Under the pieces are notes generated by a model. It saw nothing but the letters and a program-made list of their open reading frames with translations. It was not told the DNA's origin and made no database searches. From the NCBI GenBank assembly GCA_026391945.1, contig JAPLDA010000085.1:8320-72319 (forward strand): 64,000 bases of DNA, given 5' to 3'. The DNA comes from Bacteroidota bacterium (lineage in GTDB: Bacteria > Bacteroidota > Bacteroidia > AKYH767-A > 2013-40CM-41-45). Below are positions 19,962 to 30,005 of this stretch, piece by piece (position 1 is the first letter of the stretch; each line of letters begins with the position of its first letter). Both the position numbers and the translations under genes were made by a program.

Positions 19962-20250
19962 TTCATTTTTTATCGGAACTGTTTCAGGAGCGGTAACGCT
20001 GGCGTTGTTTTATTTCCTGCTTGCTTCAGTTCGTTCATGGCTGTGCAACCTGTACGGAAACCCTTACCTGTTGCTGGCTCCGAGAGTTCAGTTGTTTTCC
20101 ATTTTTCTGAACATCCTTCTTTTTCGTTTTGTGATGGTGAAGACGGATAAAGAAAAATCCGGGAAAGGAATGTTGCTTTCAACAGTTGGCATCAGCTTTA
20201 TTTATTTTTTATATTATTTTAAATTCCATCATTCCATCATCGGGTCATGA
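19942..20250 (+). CDS. small integral membrane protein, hypothetical
   Basis: Three predicted TM helices. Paralogous to the next gene. Confidence 0.45.
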   Translation: MWKKFPDSFFIGTVSGAVTLALFYFLLASVRSWLCNLYGNPYLLLAPRVQLFSIFLNILLFRFVMVKTDKEKSGKGMLLSTVGISFIYFLYYFKFHHSIIGS

Positions 20251-20534
20251 AAAAAGATCATTTCTTCACCGGGCTCATCAGCGGAATACTTTCGCCTGCT
20301 ATTGCTTTTGCCGTTTATTCAAAAATCAAATTGCCGGATGTGTCACTTTTGAATGTGATGCATCACATAAGGGAATTGGGAATCTCCGCCACGATCATCA
20401 GCCTGAGTACGTTCATCAACCTGCTGGTCTTTTTTATTTTCATCTGGACCAAAAATGACCATTCAGCCAAAGGCGTGCTGGCGGCTACATTCGGCTATGC
20501 GTTTGTTGTTGTCATACTAAAATTTGTTCTATGA
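20247..20534 (+). CDS. small integral membrane protein, hypothetical (paralog of 19942-20250)
   Basis: FFTGLISGILSPAIAFAVY aligns with FFIGTVSGAVTLALFYFLL of the upstream gene. Stop/start overlaps with neighbours suggest translational coupling in a surE-lpxB operon. Confidence 0.45.
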   Translation: MKKDHFFTGLISGILSPAIAFAVYSKIKLPDVSLLNVMHHIRELGISATIISLSTFINLLVFFIFIWTKNDHSAKGVLAATFGYAFVVVILKFVL

Positions 20535-21655
20535 AGTATTACATCATAGCCGGGGAAGCATCAGGTGATTTGCATGCTGCCAACCTGTTGAAGGAACTGA
20601 AGAAACTGGATTCTCAGGCATCGTTTCGCGGATGGGGCGGAGACCGGATGCAGCAGGAGGGAACCACACTAGTAAAACATTACCGCGATCTCGCATTCAT
20701 GGGATTCACCGAAGTGGTGATGAACCTCCGAACGATACTCAGCAATATTTCTTTTTGTAAAAAGGATATTCTATCTGAACAACCGGATGTGATCATCCTG
20801 GTGGATTATCCGGGATTCAATCTTCGCATTGCAGAATTTGCAAAACAAAATAACATCCGTGTTTTTTATTACATCTCGCCGCAGGTGTGGGCATGGAAGC
20901 AATCGCGTGTTGAAAAAATAAAAAAATCTGTGGACAGGATGTTCGTGATCCTTCCGTTTGAAAAAGAATTTTATAAAAAATTTGATTACGAAGTTGACTT
21001 CGTCGGGCATCCGTTGCTGGATGCGATTGAGCAACAAAAGCACGAGCCTGTATCACGCGAACAATGGCTTCAGCATAATAAACTTCCCGCAAAACCATTG
21101 ATCGCCTTGCTTCCCGGAAGTAGGAAACAGGAAATCACCACGATGCTTCCGTTGATGCTCAGCATCACCAATGATTTCCCGGGTTACCAGTTTGTCGTAG
21201 CTGCCGCACCTTCCGTTCCGCAAACGTATTACCAGGCTTTGATGCGGAATAAAAATGCGTCACTCATTTCCGATCAGACGTATGCTCTTCTTGCTCATTC
21301 GGAAGCTGCCTTGGTTACTTCCGGTACGGCCACGCTTGAGACTGCTTTGTTTGAAGTGCCGGAAGTAGTCTGTTACAAAGGCGGACAAATTTCTTACCTG
21401 ATCGCACGCTCTTTAGTGAAGGTGAAATATATTTCATTGGTGAATTTAATCATGGATCAGGAAATCGTGAAGGAGTTGATTCAGAGTAATCTTAATTTTT
21501 CGAACCTGGAAAATGAACTCAAGAAAATTCTGGAGCCGGTTCAACGGGAACGATTAAGATCGGAATACCAATCGTTGAAACAAAAACTCGGCGGCAGCGG
21601 TGCATCCGAAAAAACTGCGAAGCTGATGGTCGGTTACCTCAAAGGTGATTCCTGA
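20531..21655 (+). CDS. lpxB: lipid-A-disaccharide synthase
   Basis: N-terminus MKYYIIAGEASGDLHAANL and GT19-family length. Confidence 0.85.
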   Translation: MKYYIIAGEASGDLHAANLLKELKKLDSQASFRGWGGDRMQQEGTTLVKHYRDLAFMGFTEVVMNLRTILSNISFCKKDILSEQPDVIILVDYPGFNLRIAEFAKQNNIRVFYYISPQVWAWKQSRVEKIKKSVDRMFVILPFEKEFYKKFDYEVDFVGHPLLDAIEQQKHEPVSREQWLQHNKLPAKPLIALLPGSRKQEITTMLPLMLSITNDFPGYQFVVAAAPSVPQTYYQALMRNKNASLISDQTYALLAHSEAALVTSGTATLETALFEVPEVVCYKGGQISYLIARSLVKVKYISLVNLIMDQEIVKELIQSNLNFSNLENELKKILEPVQRERLRSEYQSLKQKLGGSGASEKTAKLMVGYLKGDS

Positions 21656-21758
21656 GAATTTACGATTTTAGTTTGACGGGTTCATTTCATTCCGGTACAT
21701 TTGTAAACGTTTTTATTTTTTTTAATTTTTAGTTAACCTTTTTTAATTTTTCCTCCTG

Positions 21759-23882
21759 TTGAAATCCTGGAATCGCTCACCGTTGGTTCGTTTACTTCCT
21801 GCATTTATATCGGGCATCCTTGCCGGTATTTTTGGAAGATATGTTGAGCCAAATTACTTGCTGACCTTCTGTTTCGTGCCCTCTTTGGTTTTGTCACTGC
21901 AGGTTCTGTTTCCGAAAAGGTATTTCAGTTACCGGTTGCGGTGGCTCACCGGAATGTGTGTGCATGTGTTGATTTTTTTATTTGCCTGGCAACTCACCGG
22001 ATTGAAAACAGAAATTCATCGACCCAATCACTTTTCTAAATTTAGCCATGTAAATTCTTACCTGGCATTTCTTGATGACAGCAAGCAGGAAAAGAGCAAA
22101 AGCTATAAAACAACCATTCGTATTGTTGCCGCATATTCAGGAAATGTTTGGAATAAAACGGAAGGGAAATGTCTTGCCTATTTTTCAAAGGATTCTATTT
22201 CAGATTTACTTCATTACGGCGATCTTGTTATTTTTTCCACCCGCCCCGATGAAGTAAAACCTCCGGCGAATCCTTCCCAGTTTGATTACAAACGATGGCT
22301 TTCCTTAAACCAGGTGTATCATCAGTTGTACCTGAAAAATTCAGACTGGAAAAGCCTCGGGCATCACTATGGAAATCCCCTTGTTGAAACAGCCATCAAC
22401 ATGAGAGAAAGGTTGCTAAAAATTTTCAGAGACAACAACATCAGCGGTGACGATTATGCAGTGGTTTCTGCTTTACTTCTGGGTGATACTGATGAAATTG
22501 ACCAGGACATCATCAATGCCTACGCTGCTTCGGGCGCCCTGCATGTGCTTTCGGTTTCCGGTTTGCACGTTGGAATCATCTACATCGCTTTGAATTCCGT
22601 TTTGTTTTTTATGAACAGAAACCGGAAGACAAAGGTACTGAAGGCCGGTATCCTTATCATGTTTCTTTGGTTCTATGCTTTGCTCACCGGGCTTTCACCG
22701 GCTGTGCTTCGTTCAGCAGCGATGCTCTCCTTCATTGTGATCGGGAAAGCATTCGAGCGTTCCACCAATATGTATAACACACTGGCGGCATCGGCCATTA
22801 CATTGTTTTGTTTCCAGCCGCATTTGCTTTTGCAGGTTGGCTTCCAGCTTTCTTACATGGCCGTTTTCGGAATTGTTTTTCTGTACAAGGAGATTCATGC
22901 ATTGCTGTTCCCGCAGAAATGGTTTTGGCAACAGGTATGGGGACTGATTGCGGTTTCCATAGCCGCACAGATCGCCACCTTCCCGATGGGATTGTTCTAC
23001 TTCCACCAGTTTCCGAACTATTTTCTTTTTTCCAATATGCTGGTGATTCCGTTATCAACGGTCATTATTTATGGAGGAATACTTTTGTTTGTTATTTCTC
23101 CAGTCACCATTGTTGCAAAATACGTGGGACTGCTGCTTGGTCAGACAGTTCACTTGCTGAACCAGACGGTGATCTTCATTGAACATCTTCCGCATTCATT
23201 GTGGCAGGGAATATCCATTAACCTCTATGAAACCTACCTGCTGTACATTTCAATTTTTATGTTGATCTTTTTTTTGATGAAGAAGGAAACGAACTATTTG
23301 ACGGCTTCACTAATCGCGACGGTGGTACTTTTTACATTTTTCATTATGGATAATATGCAATGGAACCGGCAAAAGCAATTGATTGTTTACGACATTCCGA
23401 AAACATCGGCAGTGAATTTGATTGATGGAACTTCTTCGGTACTGATTGCCGACAGTTCTATTTTACAAAACAAAAGCATGATGATGTTCAACATCGTTCA
23501 TTACTGGTGGGATTGTGGTTTTACTGAAGAGCATGTGGAGTCGGTAACCAACCTGGGTGAAAGTTGTAAATTAAAAAGCGGGAATGTATTCCTGTACAAT
23601 GATTTTTTATTTTTCGACGGAAAGAAAATTCTGATTTTGAACGATGCCAGGATACTGAAGAATAACAAAGCTCTTCCATTCAAACCGGATTATATCATCC
23701 TTTCAGGAAACATCAAAACGGGTTTGCAAAAAATAAAAAATAAAGTTCATTTCGGTAAGTTGATTATTGATTCTTCTAATTCGGAAAAGCGAACGGGACA
23801 ATGGCTGGGCGAAGCAAAACAACTCGGCATCGATTGTTATTCAGTTTTGCAAAGCGGAGCTTACGTGGAAATTCTTCAATGA
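21759..23882 (+). CDS. comEC: ComEC/Rec2 family DNA internalisation-related membrane protein
   Basis: Polytopic; conserved ...YAASGALHVLSVSGLHVG... competence domain. Confidence 0.8.
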   Translation: MKSWNRSPLVRLLPAFISGILAGIFGRYVEPNYLLTFCFVPSLVLSLQVLFPKRYFSYRLRWLTGMCVHVLIFLFAWQLTGLKTEIHRPNHFSKFSHVNSYLAFLDDSKQEKSKSYKTTIRIVAAYSGNVWNKTEGKCLAYFSKDSISDLLHYGDLVIFSTRPDEVKPPANPSQFDYKRWLSLNQVYHQLYLKNSDWKSLGHHYGNPLVETAINMRERLLKIFRDNNISGDDYAVVSALLLGDTDEIDQDIINAYAASGALHVLSVSGLHVGIIYIALNSVLFFMNRNRKTKVLKAGILIMFLWFYALLTGLSPAVLRSAAMLSFIVIGKAFERSTNMYNTLAASAITLFCFQPHLLLQVGFQLSYMAVFGIVFLYKEIHALLFPQKWFWQQVWGLIAVSIAAQIATFPMGLFYFHQFPNYFLFSNMLVIPLSTVIIYGGILLFVISPVTIVAKYVGLLLGQTVHLLNQTVIFIEHLPHSLWQGISINLYETYLLYISIFMLIFFLMKKETNYLTASLIATVVLFTFFIMDNMQWNRQKQLIVYDIPKTSAVNLIDGTSSVLIADSSILQNKSMMMFNIVHYWWDCGFTEEHVESVTNLGESCKLKSGNVFLYNDFLFFDGKKILILNDARILKNNKALPFKPDYIILSGNIKTGLQKIKNKVHFGKLIIDSSNSEKRTGQWLGEAKQLGIDCYSVLQSGAYVEILQ

Positions 23883-23915
23883 ATAATTTCTTCCGTCACG
23901 AAAATTCTTAAGCAG

Positions 23916-24758
23916 TTATTTAATTGCCGACAGGGGCATCCTGTCTTTTGCACGAACACCTTTTTCGGTCAGTTCCAGCGTGCAACATTCATGAACCGGG
24001 TCATGTTCGAAAAACAAAACAAAATTTTTCTTTGCCGCTTCGTTCAGGAATTTTGTTTTTTCTTCAAGGGTAACCAATGGTTTCATGTCATATGCCATGA
24101 TGTAAGGAAGCGGCACATGAGCCACGGATGGAATCAAGTCGGCACAATAGGCGAGATGTGTGCCATTGTAATTCAGGATCGGTAACATCATCGCTTCCGT
24201 GTGGCCGTTTACATAAAGAACATGAAACCCTTCGAACAATTTTCCTCCATCTTCGATAAATTTAAGTTGCCCGCTTTCTTTAATCGGTAAAATATTTTCT
24301 TTCAGGAAACTTGCTTTCTCCCTGGCATTCGGATGCACAGCCCATTCCCAATGACGTTCACTGCTCCAGTAAGTCGCATTTTTGAATGCCATTTCATAAC
24401 CGGTTCTGTCCTTGTTCCACTTTACACTTCCGCCGCAATGATCGAAATGAAGATGAGTGAGAAAGACATCCGTAACGTCATCTTCTGTAAAGCCCGCCTG
24501 GTGCAACGATTTGCTCAGCGTATCATCACCGTTCAGGAAATAATGTGAAAAAAACTTTTCGCTCTGCTTATCACCGGTTCCGTTATCAATGAGGACAAGC
24601 CTGTTTCCTTCTTCGACGAGCAGGCAGCGCATCGCCCAGTTGCACATGTTGTTCTCATCCGCAGGATTCAGTTTGTTCCAGATGGATTTTGGTACGACAC
24701 CGAACATGGCGCCTCCGTCTAACCTGAAATTCCCGGTGTTGATGGTATGTAGTTTCAT
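23916..24758 (-). CDS. MBL-fold metallo-hydrolase
   Basis: HLHFDHCGG metal-binding motif. Confidence 0.8.
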   Translation of the reverse strand: MKLHTINTGNFRLDGGAMFGVVPKSIWNKLNPADENNMCNWAMRCLLVEEGNRLVLIDNGTGDKQSEKFFSHYFLNGDDTLSKSLHQAGFTEDDVTDVFLTHLHFDHCGGSVKWNKDRTGYEMAFKNATYWSSERHWEWAVHPNAREKASFLKENILPIKESGQLKFIEDGGKLFEGFHVLYVNGHTEAMMLPILNYNGTHLAYCADLIPSVAHVPLPYIMAYDMKPLVTLEEKTKFLNEAAKKNFVLFFEHDPVHECCTLELTEKGVRAKDRMPLSAIK

Positions 24759-24892
24759 CTGATTCAGTTGTTGATATTTGAATGCACAAAATAAGCAATT
24801 TGGTTGTTCGTAAACGGGTGAACAGAATTAGTTTCATGTTCTTTCCCTTTGTGAAAAAGAATGTAATTTAGAAACTGAAAAATCAGGGAACC

Positions 24893-26320
24893 GTGACAGA
24901 AAATAAAACCACAGCCAGCCATTCCCGGGAAAACCGGATTCATTTCATAGCCATCGGCGGGGCGGCCATGCATAACCTTGCCATTGCACTTCATCAGAAA
25001 GGATTCAGCATAACAGGATCAGACGATGAAATCAATGAACCTTCACGTTCGAGACTGAAGTCTTGCGGACTTTTGCCCGAACAATCAGGTTGGTTTCCTG
25101 AAAAAATAACCACCGATCTTGATGCCGTCATCCTTGGCATGCATGCCCGCGCCGATAACCCGGAACTGATCAAAGCACAGGAGTCTGGAATCCGGATTTA
25201 CTCATACCCGGAATATTTGTATGAGTTTTCGAAGAATAAAAAGAGAGTAGTGATTGGTGGAAGCCATGGTAAAACGTCCATCACCGCCATGATCATGCAT
25301 GTTCTGAAGTCTGGTGGTCTTGATTTCGATTACATGGTGGGCTCTAAACTGGAAGGTTTCGAAACGATGGTCAGGCTGACGGAGAAAGCACCGGTGATCA
25401 TACTGGAAGGTGATGAGTATCTTGCTTCTCCCATTGACCGCCGGCCGAAATTTCATTTGTATCATGCTGATATCGCTTTGCTGAGCGGCATTGCATGGGA
25501 TCATATCAATGTGTTTCCGACCTTTGAAAATTATGTGCAGCAGTTTCAGTTTTTTGCTGACCAGGTTCCTCCCAATGGAACGCTGGTATATTGTGAGCAG
25601 GATGCTGAAGTACAAAGGGTAGCAGAAATATCAAGAAGTTTGTGTCCAAAAATTCCCTATGGAATTCCGGAGTATGAAATCATCCATGGAATTACTTTTC
25701 TGAAATTCAGTGATGGTAAAAAAAAGATCAGGACAGAATTGAAAGTTTTCGGGGAGCACAACCTGATGAACATCGAAGGTGCGAGGAATGTATGCAATCT
25801 TCTTGGAGTGAGTAAACAGAAATTCTTTGAAGCCATCGGAACTTTTAAAGGTGCCGCCAGGAGACTGGAACTGCTTGCTAAAAATGAAACGGTTTCTGTT
25901 TATAAGGATTTTGCGCATTCGCCGTCAAAGCTGAAAGCTACGACAGATGCGGTAAAACAGCAATATCCCGGAAGAAAAATAATTGCCTGCATGGAGTTGC
26001 ACACATTCTCAAGCCTGAATGATAATTTCCTTGAACAATATAAGGGCTCCATGAACCGGGCTGATGAAGCCATCGTTTATTTCAATCCTCGCACCATTGA
26101 ACATAAAAAATTAAGCGCCATTACTGAAGAACAAGTGAGAAACGCTTTTGGTAACAGCAACCTGAAAGTGATCACCGACTCGGTGCTGCTGAAGGAATAT
26201 CTTTTGAATATGAATTTGAAAAATTCAGTGTTGGTCATGATGAGTTCCGGAACCTTTGACGGTCTGGATATGGAAAGTCTCTCTCAAAACATTACCGGGA
26301 GGACCTATTCTGAAGTGTAA
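24893..26320 (+). CDS. mpl: UDP-N-acetylmuramate:L-alanyl-gamma-D-glutamyl-meso-DAP ligase (Mpl; MurC paralog)
   Basis: IHFIAIGGAAMHNLAIALHQKGFSITGSDDEI N-terminus and Mur ligase GGSHGKTS P-loop. Lies outside any dcw cluster, so Mpl is favoured over MurC. Confidence 0.65.
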   Translation: MTENKTTASHSRENRIHFIAIGGAAMHNLAIALHQKGFSITGSDDEINEPSRSRLKSCGLLPEQSGWFPEKITTDLDAVILGMHARADNPELIKAQESGIRIYSYPEYLYEFSKNKKRVVIGGSHGKTSITAMIMHVLKSGGLDFDYMVGSKLEGFETMVRLTEKAPVIILEGDEYLASPIDRRPKFHLYHADIALLSGIAWDHINVFPTFENYVQQFQFFADQVPPNGTLVYCEQDAEVQRVAEISRSLCPKIPYGIPEYEIIHGITFLKFSDGKKKIRTELKVFGEHNLMNIEGARNVCNLLGVSKQKFFEAIGTFKGAARRLELLAKNETVSVYKDFAHSPSKLKATTDAVKQQYPGRKIIACMELHTFSSLNDNFLEQYKGSMNRADEAIVYFNPRTIEHKKLSAITEEQVRNAFGNSNLKVITDSVLLKEYLLNMNLKNSVLVMMSSGTFDGLDMESLSQNITGRTYSEV

Positions 26321-26357
26321 TAAGTATATTTACGGATTCAAACTTATTCGTACCGGG

Positions 26358-27143
26358 ATGAAAAATATTGTAGCGACTATTTTAATTGCAGCCATGATTG
26401 CCTTCGCATCGGAGGCCGTTGCCCAGCGTAATGTGGTAAGTTCCGATGGTACGTTGCATGATAAGTTCAGCAAGAAACTCGGCAATCTGATGTTTTCCAC
26501 CACCACTTTGAAATATGGAAAACTAAAAAATAATGTTACTAAAAGTGATACGATTAAAATATACAATGCGGGCAATAAGACGTTGAATGTATCGGTGGGT
26601 AAAGTGCCTGCTCACCTTTCCATTAACCTGAAATCTTCTGTCATCGATCCGAATACAGAAAGCTGGATTGCCATCGTCTTTGATGCGACCCGGAAGAACG
26701 ACTACGGGTTTGTGCTCGATCGTTTTGAACTGGTCACCAACGATTCCGTGTTACCGAAAAAGGGTTTGTCAGTAACAGCCGCCATTGAAGAAGCATTCAC
26801 CCTGAACAATGCAGATGATTCGGCACAGGCAGCGAAAGCCCGTTGGCGTGAAACCGTTTTTGATTACGGAAAGGCGAAGCCGGGTGATAAAATGGTGCAT
26901 GATTTTATTTTCTATAACGACGGAAAAAAAGATCTGGTGATTCACAAAACAAAATCCACCTGCGGATGTCTAAAAGCGACCCTTTCAAAATACACCGTTG
27001 CTGCCGGTGACAGCAGCGCAGTGCACATTGAGTTTGATTCTTTTGGTAAGGATGGAAAGGATTCCCGGAAGTTGTTTGTTTACCTCAGCGATTTTCAGAA
27101 GCCGGAGGTAACGATTGAAATCAAAGGTGAGTTGGTGAAATGA
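26358..27143 (+). CDS. DUF1573 domain-containing exported protein
   Basis: Signal peptide MKNIVATILIAAMIAFASEAVAQ. Two Ig-like halves, with a STCGCL motif in the second. Confidence 0.6.
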   Translation: MKNIVATILIAAMIAFASEAVAQRNVVSSDGTLHDKFSKKLGNLMFSTTTLKYGKLKNNVTKSDTIKIYNAGNKTLNVSVGKVPAHLSINLKSSVIDPNTESWIAIVFDATRKNDYGFVLDRFELVTNDSVLPKKGLSVTAAIEEAFTLNNADDSAQAAKARWRETVFDYGKAKPGDKMVHDFIFYNDGKKDLVIHKTKSTCGCLKATLSKYTVAAGDSSAVHIEFDSFGKDGKDSRKLFVYLSDFQKPEVTIEIKGELVK

Positions 27144-27209
27144 AAAACCTAAGACTTGCTGAGTGTATTTTTTACTTCGATAATAACCTGATAAAATATC
27201 TTCTTAGCG

Positions 27210-27527
27210 ATGAAAGAAATAACGGCACAGGAACTGAAAGCGAAATCGGATCATAAGGAAGATTTCCAATTGATCGATGTGCGTGAACCGCATGAATACG
27301 AAATCGTAAACCTTGGAGGAGAGTTGATTCCGGTGGGATCGGTATTGAATGAGGTTGATAAAATTTCGCGGGATAAAACGGTCGTGATTCATTGCCGTTC
27401 GGGAGCAAGGAGTGGAGCCATCATCAATGAACTGGAAAGACGCCACGGCTTCACCAACCTGTATAACCTGAAAGGCGGCATCCTCGCTTATGCAAAAGAA
27501 ATTGATCCTTCTTTGCCGGTTTACTGA
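27210..27527 (+). CDS. rhodanese-like single-domain sulfurtransferase
   Basis: Active-site loop HCRSGARSG. Confidence 0.85.
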   Translation: MKEITAQELKAKSDHKEDFQLIDVREPHEYEIVNLGGELIPVGSVLNEVDKISRDKTVVIHCRSGARSGAIINELERRHGFTNLYNLKGGILAYAKEIDPSLPVY

Positions 27528-27618
27528 TTTAAGTGACATAAATATGATTATATTTGAGAGCGATTTAATAACAGAAGTTCCCCTCCTTCGTCGCTGGTAT
27601 TAATTTTAAGTTTTTCCC

Positions 27619-28269
27619 GTGATGGACCTGATACATCGTTTGCTCGACTTCATCCTGCACATTGACAAGCATCTGATTGATATTGTTAATGAGTACGATA
27701 AAACCACGTACCTGATTCTGGCACTCATTATTTTTTGTGAGACCGGGTTGGTGGTCACCCCTTTTCTTCCCGGTGATTCGCTTTTATTTGCTGCCGGGGC
27801 CATTGCTGCAACAGGTTCGCTGAGCATAGCCCTTTTGGTTATCATTCTTTTTGCAGCTGCTTTTATCGGTGACAATACCAATTATTTCATCGGGAATTTT
27901 CTCGGGCATAAACTGGTTGCATCCAAACGGAAAATTATCCGCAAAGAATACCTCGACAAGACACATGCATTCTATGAAAACCATGGTGGCAAGACGGTGA
28001 TCATCGCGAGGTTTATGCCGATCATCCGGACATTCGCACCTTTTGTAGCCGGGCTTGGAAGCATGACCTACCGAAGGTTTCTCCTGTTTTGCATCGCCGG
28101 AAATATATTATGGATAGGCAGTTTCTCGATAGCAGGATATGCCTTCGGAAACATTGAGATTGTAAAAAGGAATTTTACGATTGTAGTATTTTCGATCATC
28201 ATCATTTCCATATTACCGATGATCATTGCAGTGATCCGTCAAAAATATTTCAATAAAAAATCAGCCTAA
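27619..28269 (+). CDS. DedA family membrane protein
   Basis: VTPFLPGDSLLFAAGA signature. Confidence 0.85.
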   Translation: MMDLIHRLLDFILHIDKHLIDIVNEYDKTTYLILALIIFCETGLVVTPFLPGDSLLFAAGAIAATGSLSIALLVIILFAAAFIGDNTNYFIGNFLGHKLVASKRKIIRKEYLDKTHAFYENHGGKTVIIARFMPIIRTFAPFVAGLGSMTYRRFLLFCIAGNILWIGSFSIAGYAFGNIEIVKRNFTIVVFSIIIISILPMIIAVIRQKYFNKKSA

Positions 28270-28295
28270 TCAAACCTGTTTAACAGCATACCAAT

Positions 28296-29057
28296 ATGAG
28301 ACGTTTTGGATTATTTGGTTATCCCCTTGGGCATTCTTATTCAAAAAAATTTTTCACTGAAAAATTTCAGCGTGAAGGCCGTACGGATTGTGTGTATGAT
28401 AATTTTGAATCTTCCAATATCCAGGAGTTAAGAAACCTGGTTCGCCAATATCCTGACCTGGAAGGACTGAACATCACCATTCCATTCAAACAGGAAATCA
28501 TTCCAATGCTGGATAACCTCGACGAGATTTCCCAGCGGATCGGTGCTGTGAATACCGTGCGTGTGATTCGCGGAGAAGGAGGCAAGTTTGAATTGCATGG
28601 TTACAATACGGATGCATGGGGATTTGAACTTGCGATCCGACCGATTCTTCGTCCGCATCATAAACGTGCTCTCATTTTAGGCACGGGTGGTTCCGCCAAA
28701 GCAGTCAGCTATGTTTTTAGAAAACTGAACATGGAACATTTTTTTGTGACCAGGAATGAATCCCGTTTTCATTACACCTATTCAGATCTGAATTTTAATA
28801 CCATGAAAGCTTTCCAGGTTGTCGTGAACACCACTCCTCTCGGTATGTTTCCAAATTCAGATGAGTGTCCGCAAATTCCTTATGAATTTCTTACTCATAA
28901 GAACCTGTGTTTCGATCTGATTTACAATCCGCCTCAAACGATGTTCCTCACTAAATCGAAAGAAGCGGGCGCTTTTATTCACAATGGTTTCAGGATGTTA
29001 AGGCTTCAGGCGGAAAAGGCATGGGAGATCTGGAATGAACCGATCTTTGCACAATAG
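28296..29057 (+). CDS. aroE: shikimate dehydrogenase
   Basis: FGLFGYPLGHSYS substrate motif and GAVNTV. Confidence 0.85.
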   Translation: MRRFGLFGYPLGHSYSKKFFTEKFQREGRTDCVYDNFESSNIQELRNLVRQYPDLEGLNITIPFKQEIIPMLDNLDEISQRIGAVNTVRVIRGEGGKFELHGYNTDAWGFELAIRPILRPHHKRALILGTGGSAKAVSYVFRKLNMEHFFVTRNESRFHYTYSDLNFNTMKAFQVVVNTTPLGMFPNSDECPQIPYEFLTHKNLCFDLIYNPPQTMFLTKSKEAGAFIHNGFRMLRLQAEKAWEIWNEPIFAQ

Positions 29058-29067
29058 AAACCGCAAC

Positions 29068-29793
29068 TTATTTCGTTTCTGTAACCGGTCCGCAATTCAA
29101 TCCTTCCGGGATATCTGATATTTTATATCCATCCAGGTTAAAAGCGGATTGGTTGATGACACCCGGCTGCAGCCAGGAAATGTTCATCGTGTATGATTCC
29201 CCGGTTTCTTTCTTCACGGAAGTCACCTCGAGAATCATTCCTTTATTTTTTTTCCAAAGGAACCAATCACTGCGAACGATAAAGTCGCTCATCATTCCAC
29301 AATGAGCCAGGAGCCTGTAGATCCAGGGTAAATTGAATTGAATTTCATCTGTTACCCACAGCGAAGAGGTATACTCTTTTGATTCGATGGTGACGTGGTA
29401 ACAGTGAAAGCCTTCAATGATTTTTTTTTCTTTTGACGTTTTAATTTCCAGCTTTTGATTTTTCAGTGAGTCGCGAAACATGGCGGCTGCATGAATGCGT
29501 GTAGCTTGCTTCACATTTCCGAATTCCATCGCCATGATCCAGGTACTGTCGGACGGATTAAACATCACCCTTTTGGTCACGCCTTTTTTCTGCATTTCAT
29601 CCCGGATTTCCATCGCCATCTTTCCATGGTCGACGTTCCAGAAAAGAGGCGCCATGCTCTTGGATTTTTCCGATGTGCTGTAAAATGACATGAGAAAACT
29701 TCCCCGGAATTGATTTTGAGCTGAAACACTTCCCGTCCAGCAAACCAACACCAGCAAAGTGGTAATTTTCACTCTCATTATTTGCTCTTTCAA
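29068..29793 (-). CDS. hypothetical exported protein
   Basis: Signal peptide ...CWTGSVSAQ. Divergent from the multi-cupredoxin gene. No family recognised. Confidence 0.5.
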   Translation of the reverse strand: MKEQIMRVKITTLLVLVCWTGSVSAQNQFRGSFLMSFYSTSEKSKSMAPLFWNVDHGKMAMEIRDEMQKKGVTKRVMFNPSDSTWIMAMEFGNVKQATRIHAAAMFRDSLKNQKLEIKTSKEKKIIEGFHCYHVTIESKEYTSSLWVTDEIQFNLPWIYRLLAHCGMMSDFIVRSDWFLWKKNKGMILEVTSVKKETGESYTMNISWLQPGVINQSAFNLDGYKISDIPEGLNCGPVTETK

Positions 29794-30005
29794 ACAAAGC
29801 TAAAATAAAAATTTGAATATCCTGAAATTATTATGGAATTCTTCCTGTGTAGAAACATACCAAGTAGCTAATGGACTATTCCAATAAATGTACTAAAACA
29901 TTGGTAAAGGGTTACGAAAATGTATAATATTGAGGGACATATTCTTTTTTATCGTTTTCGTTTCCTGTTTTTTTTCAACGCCATGTGATTTCAATTAACT
30001 AACCA

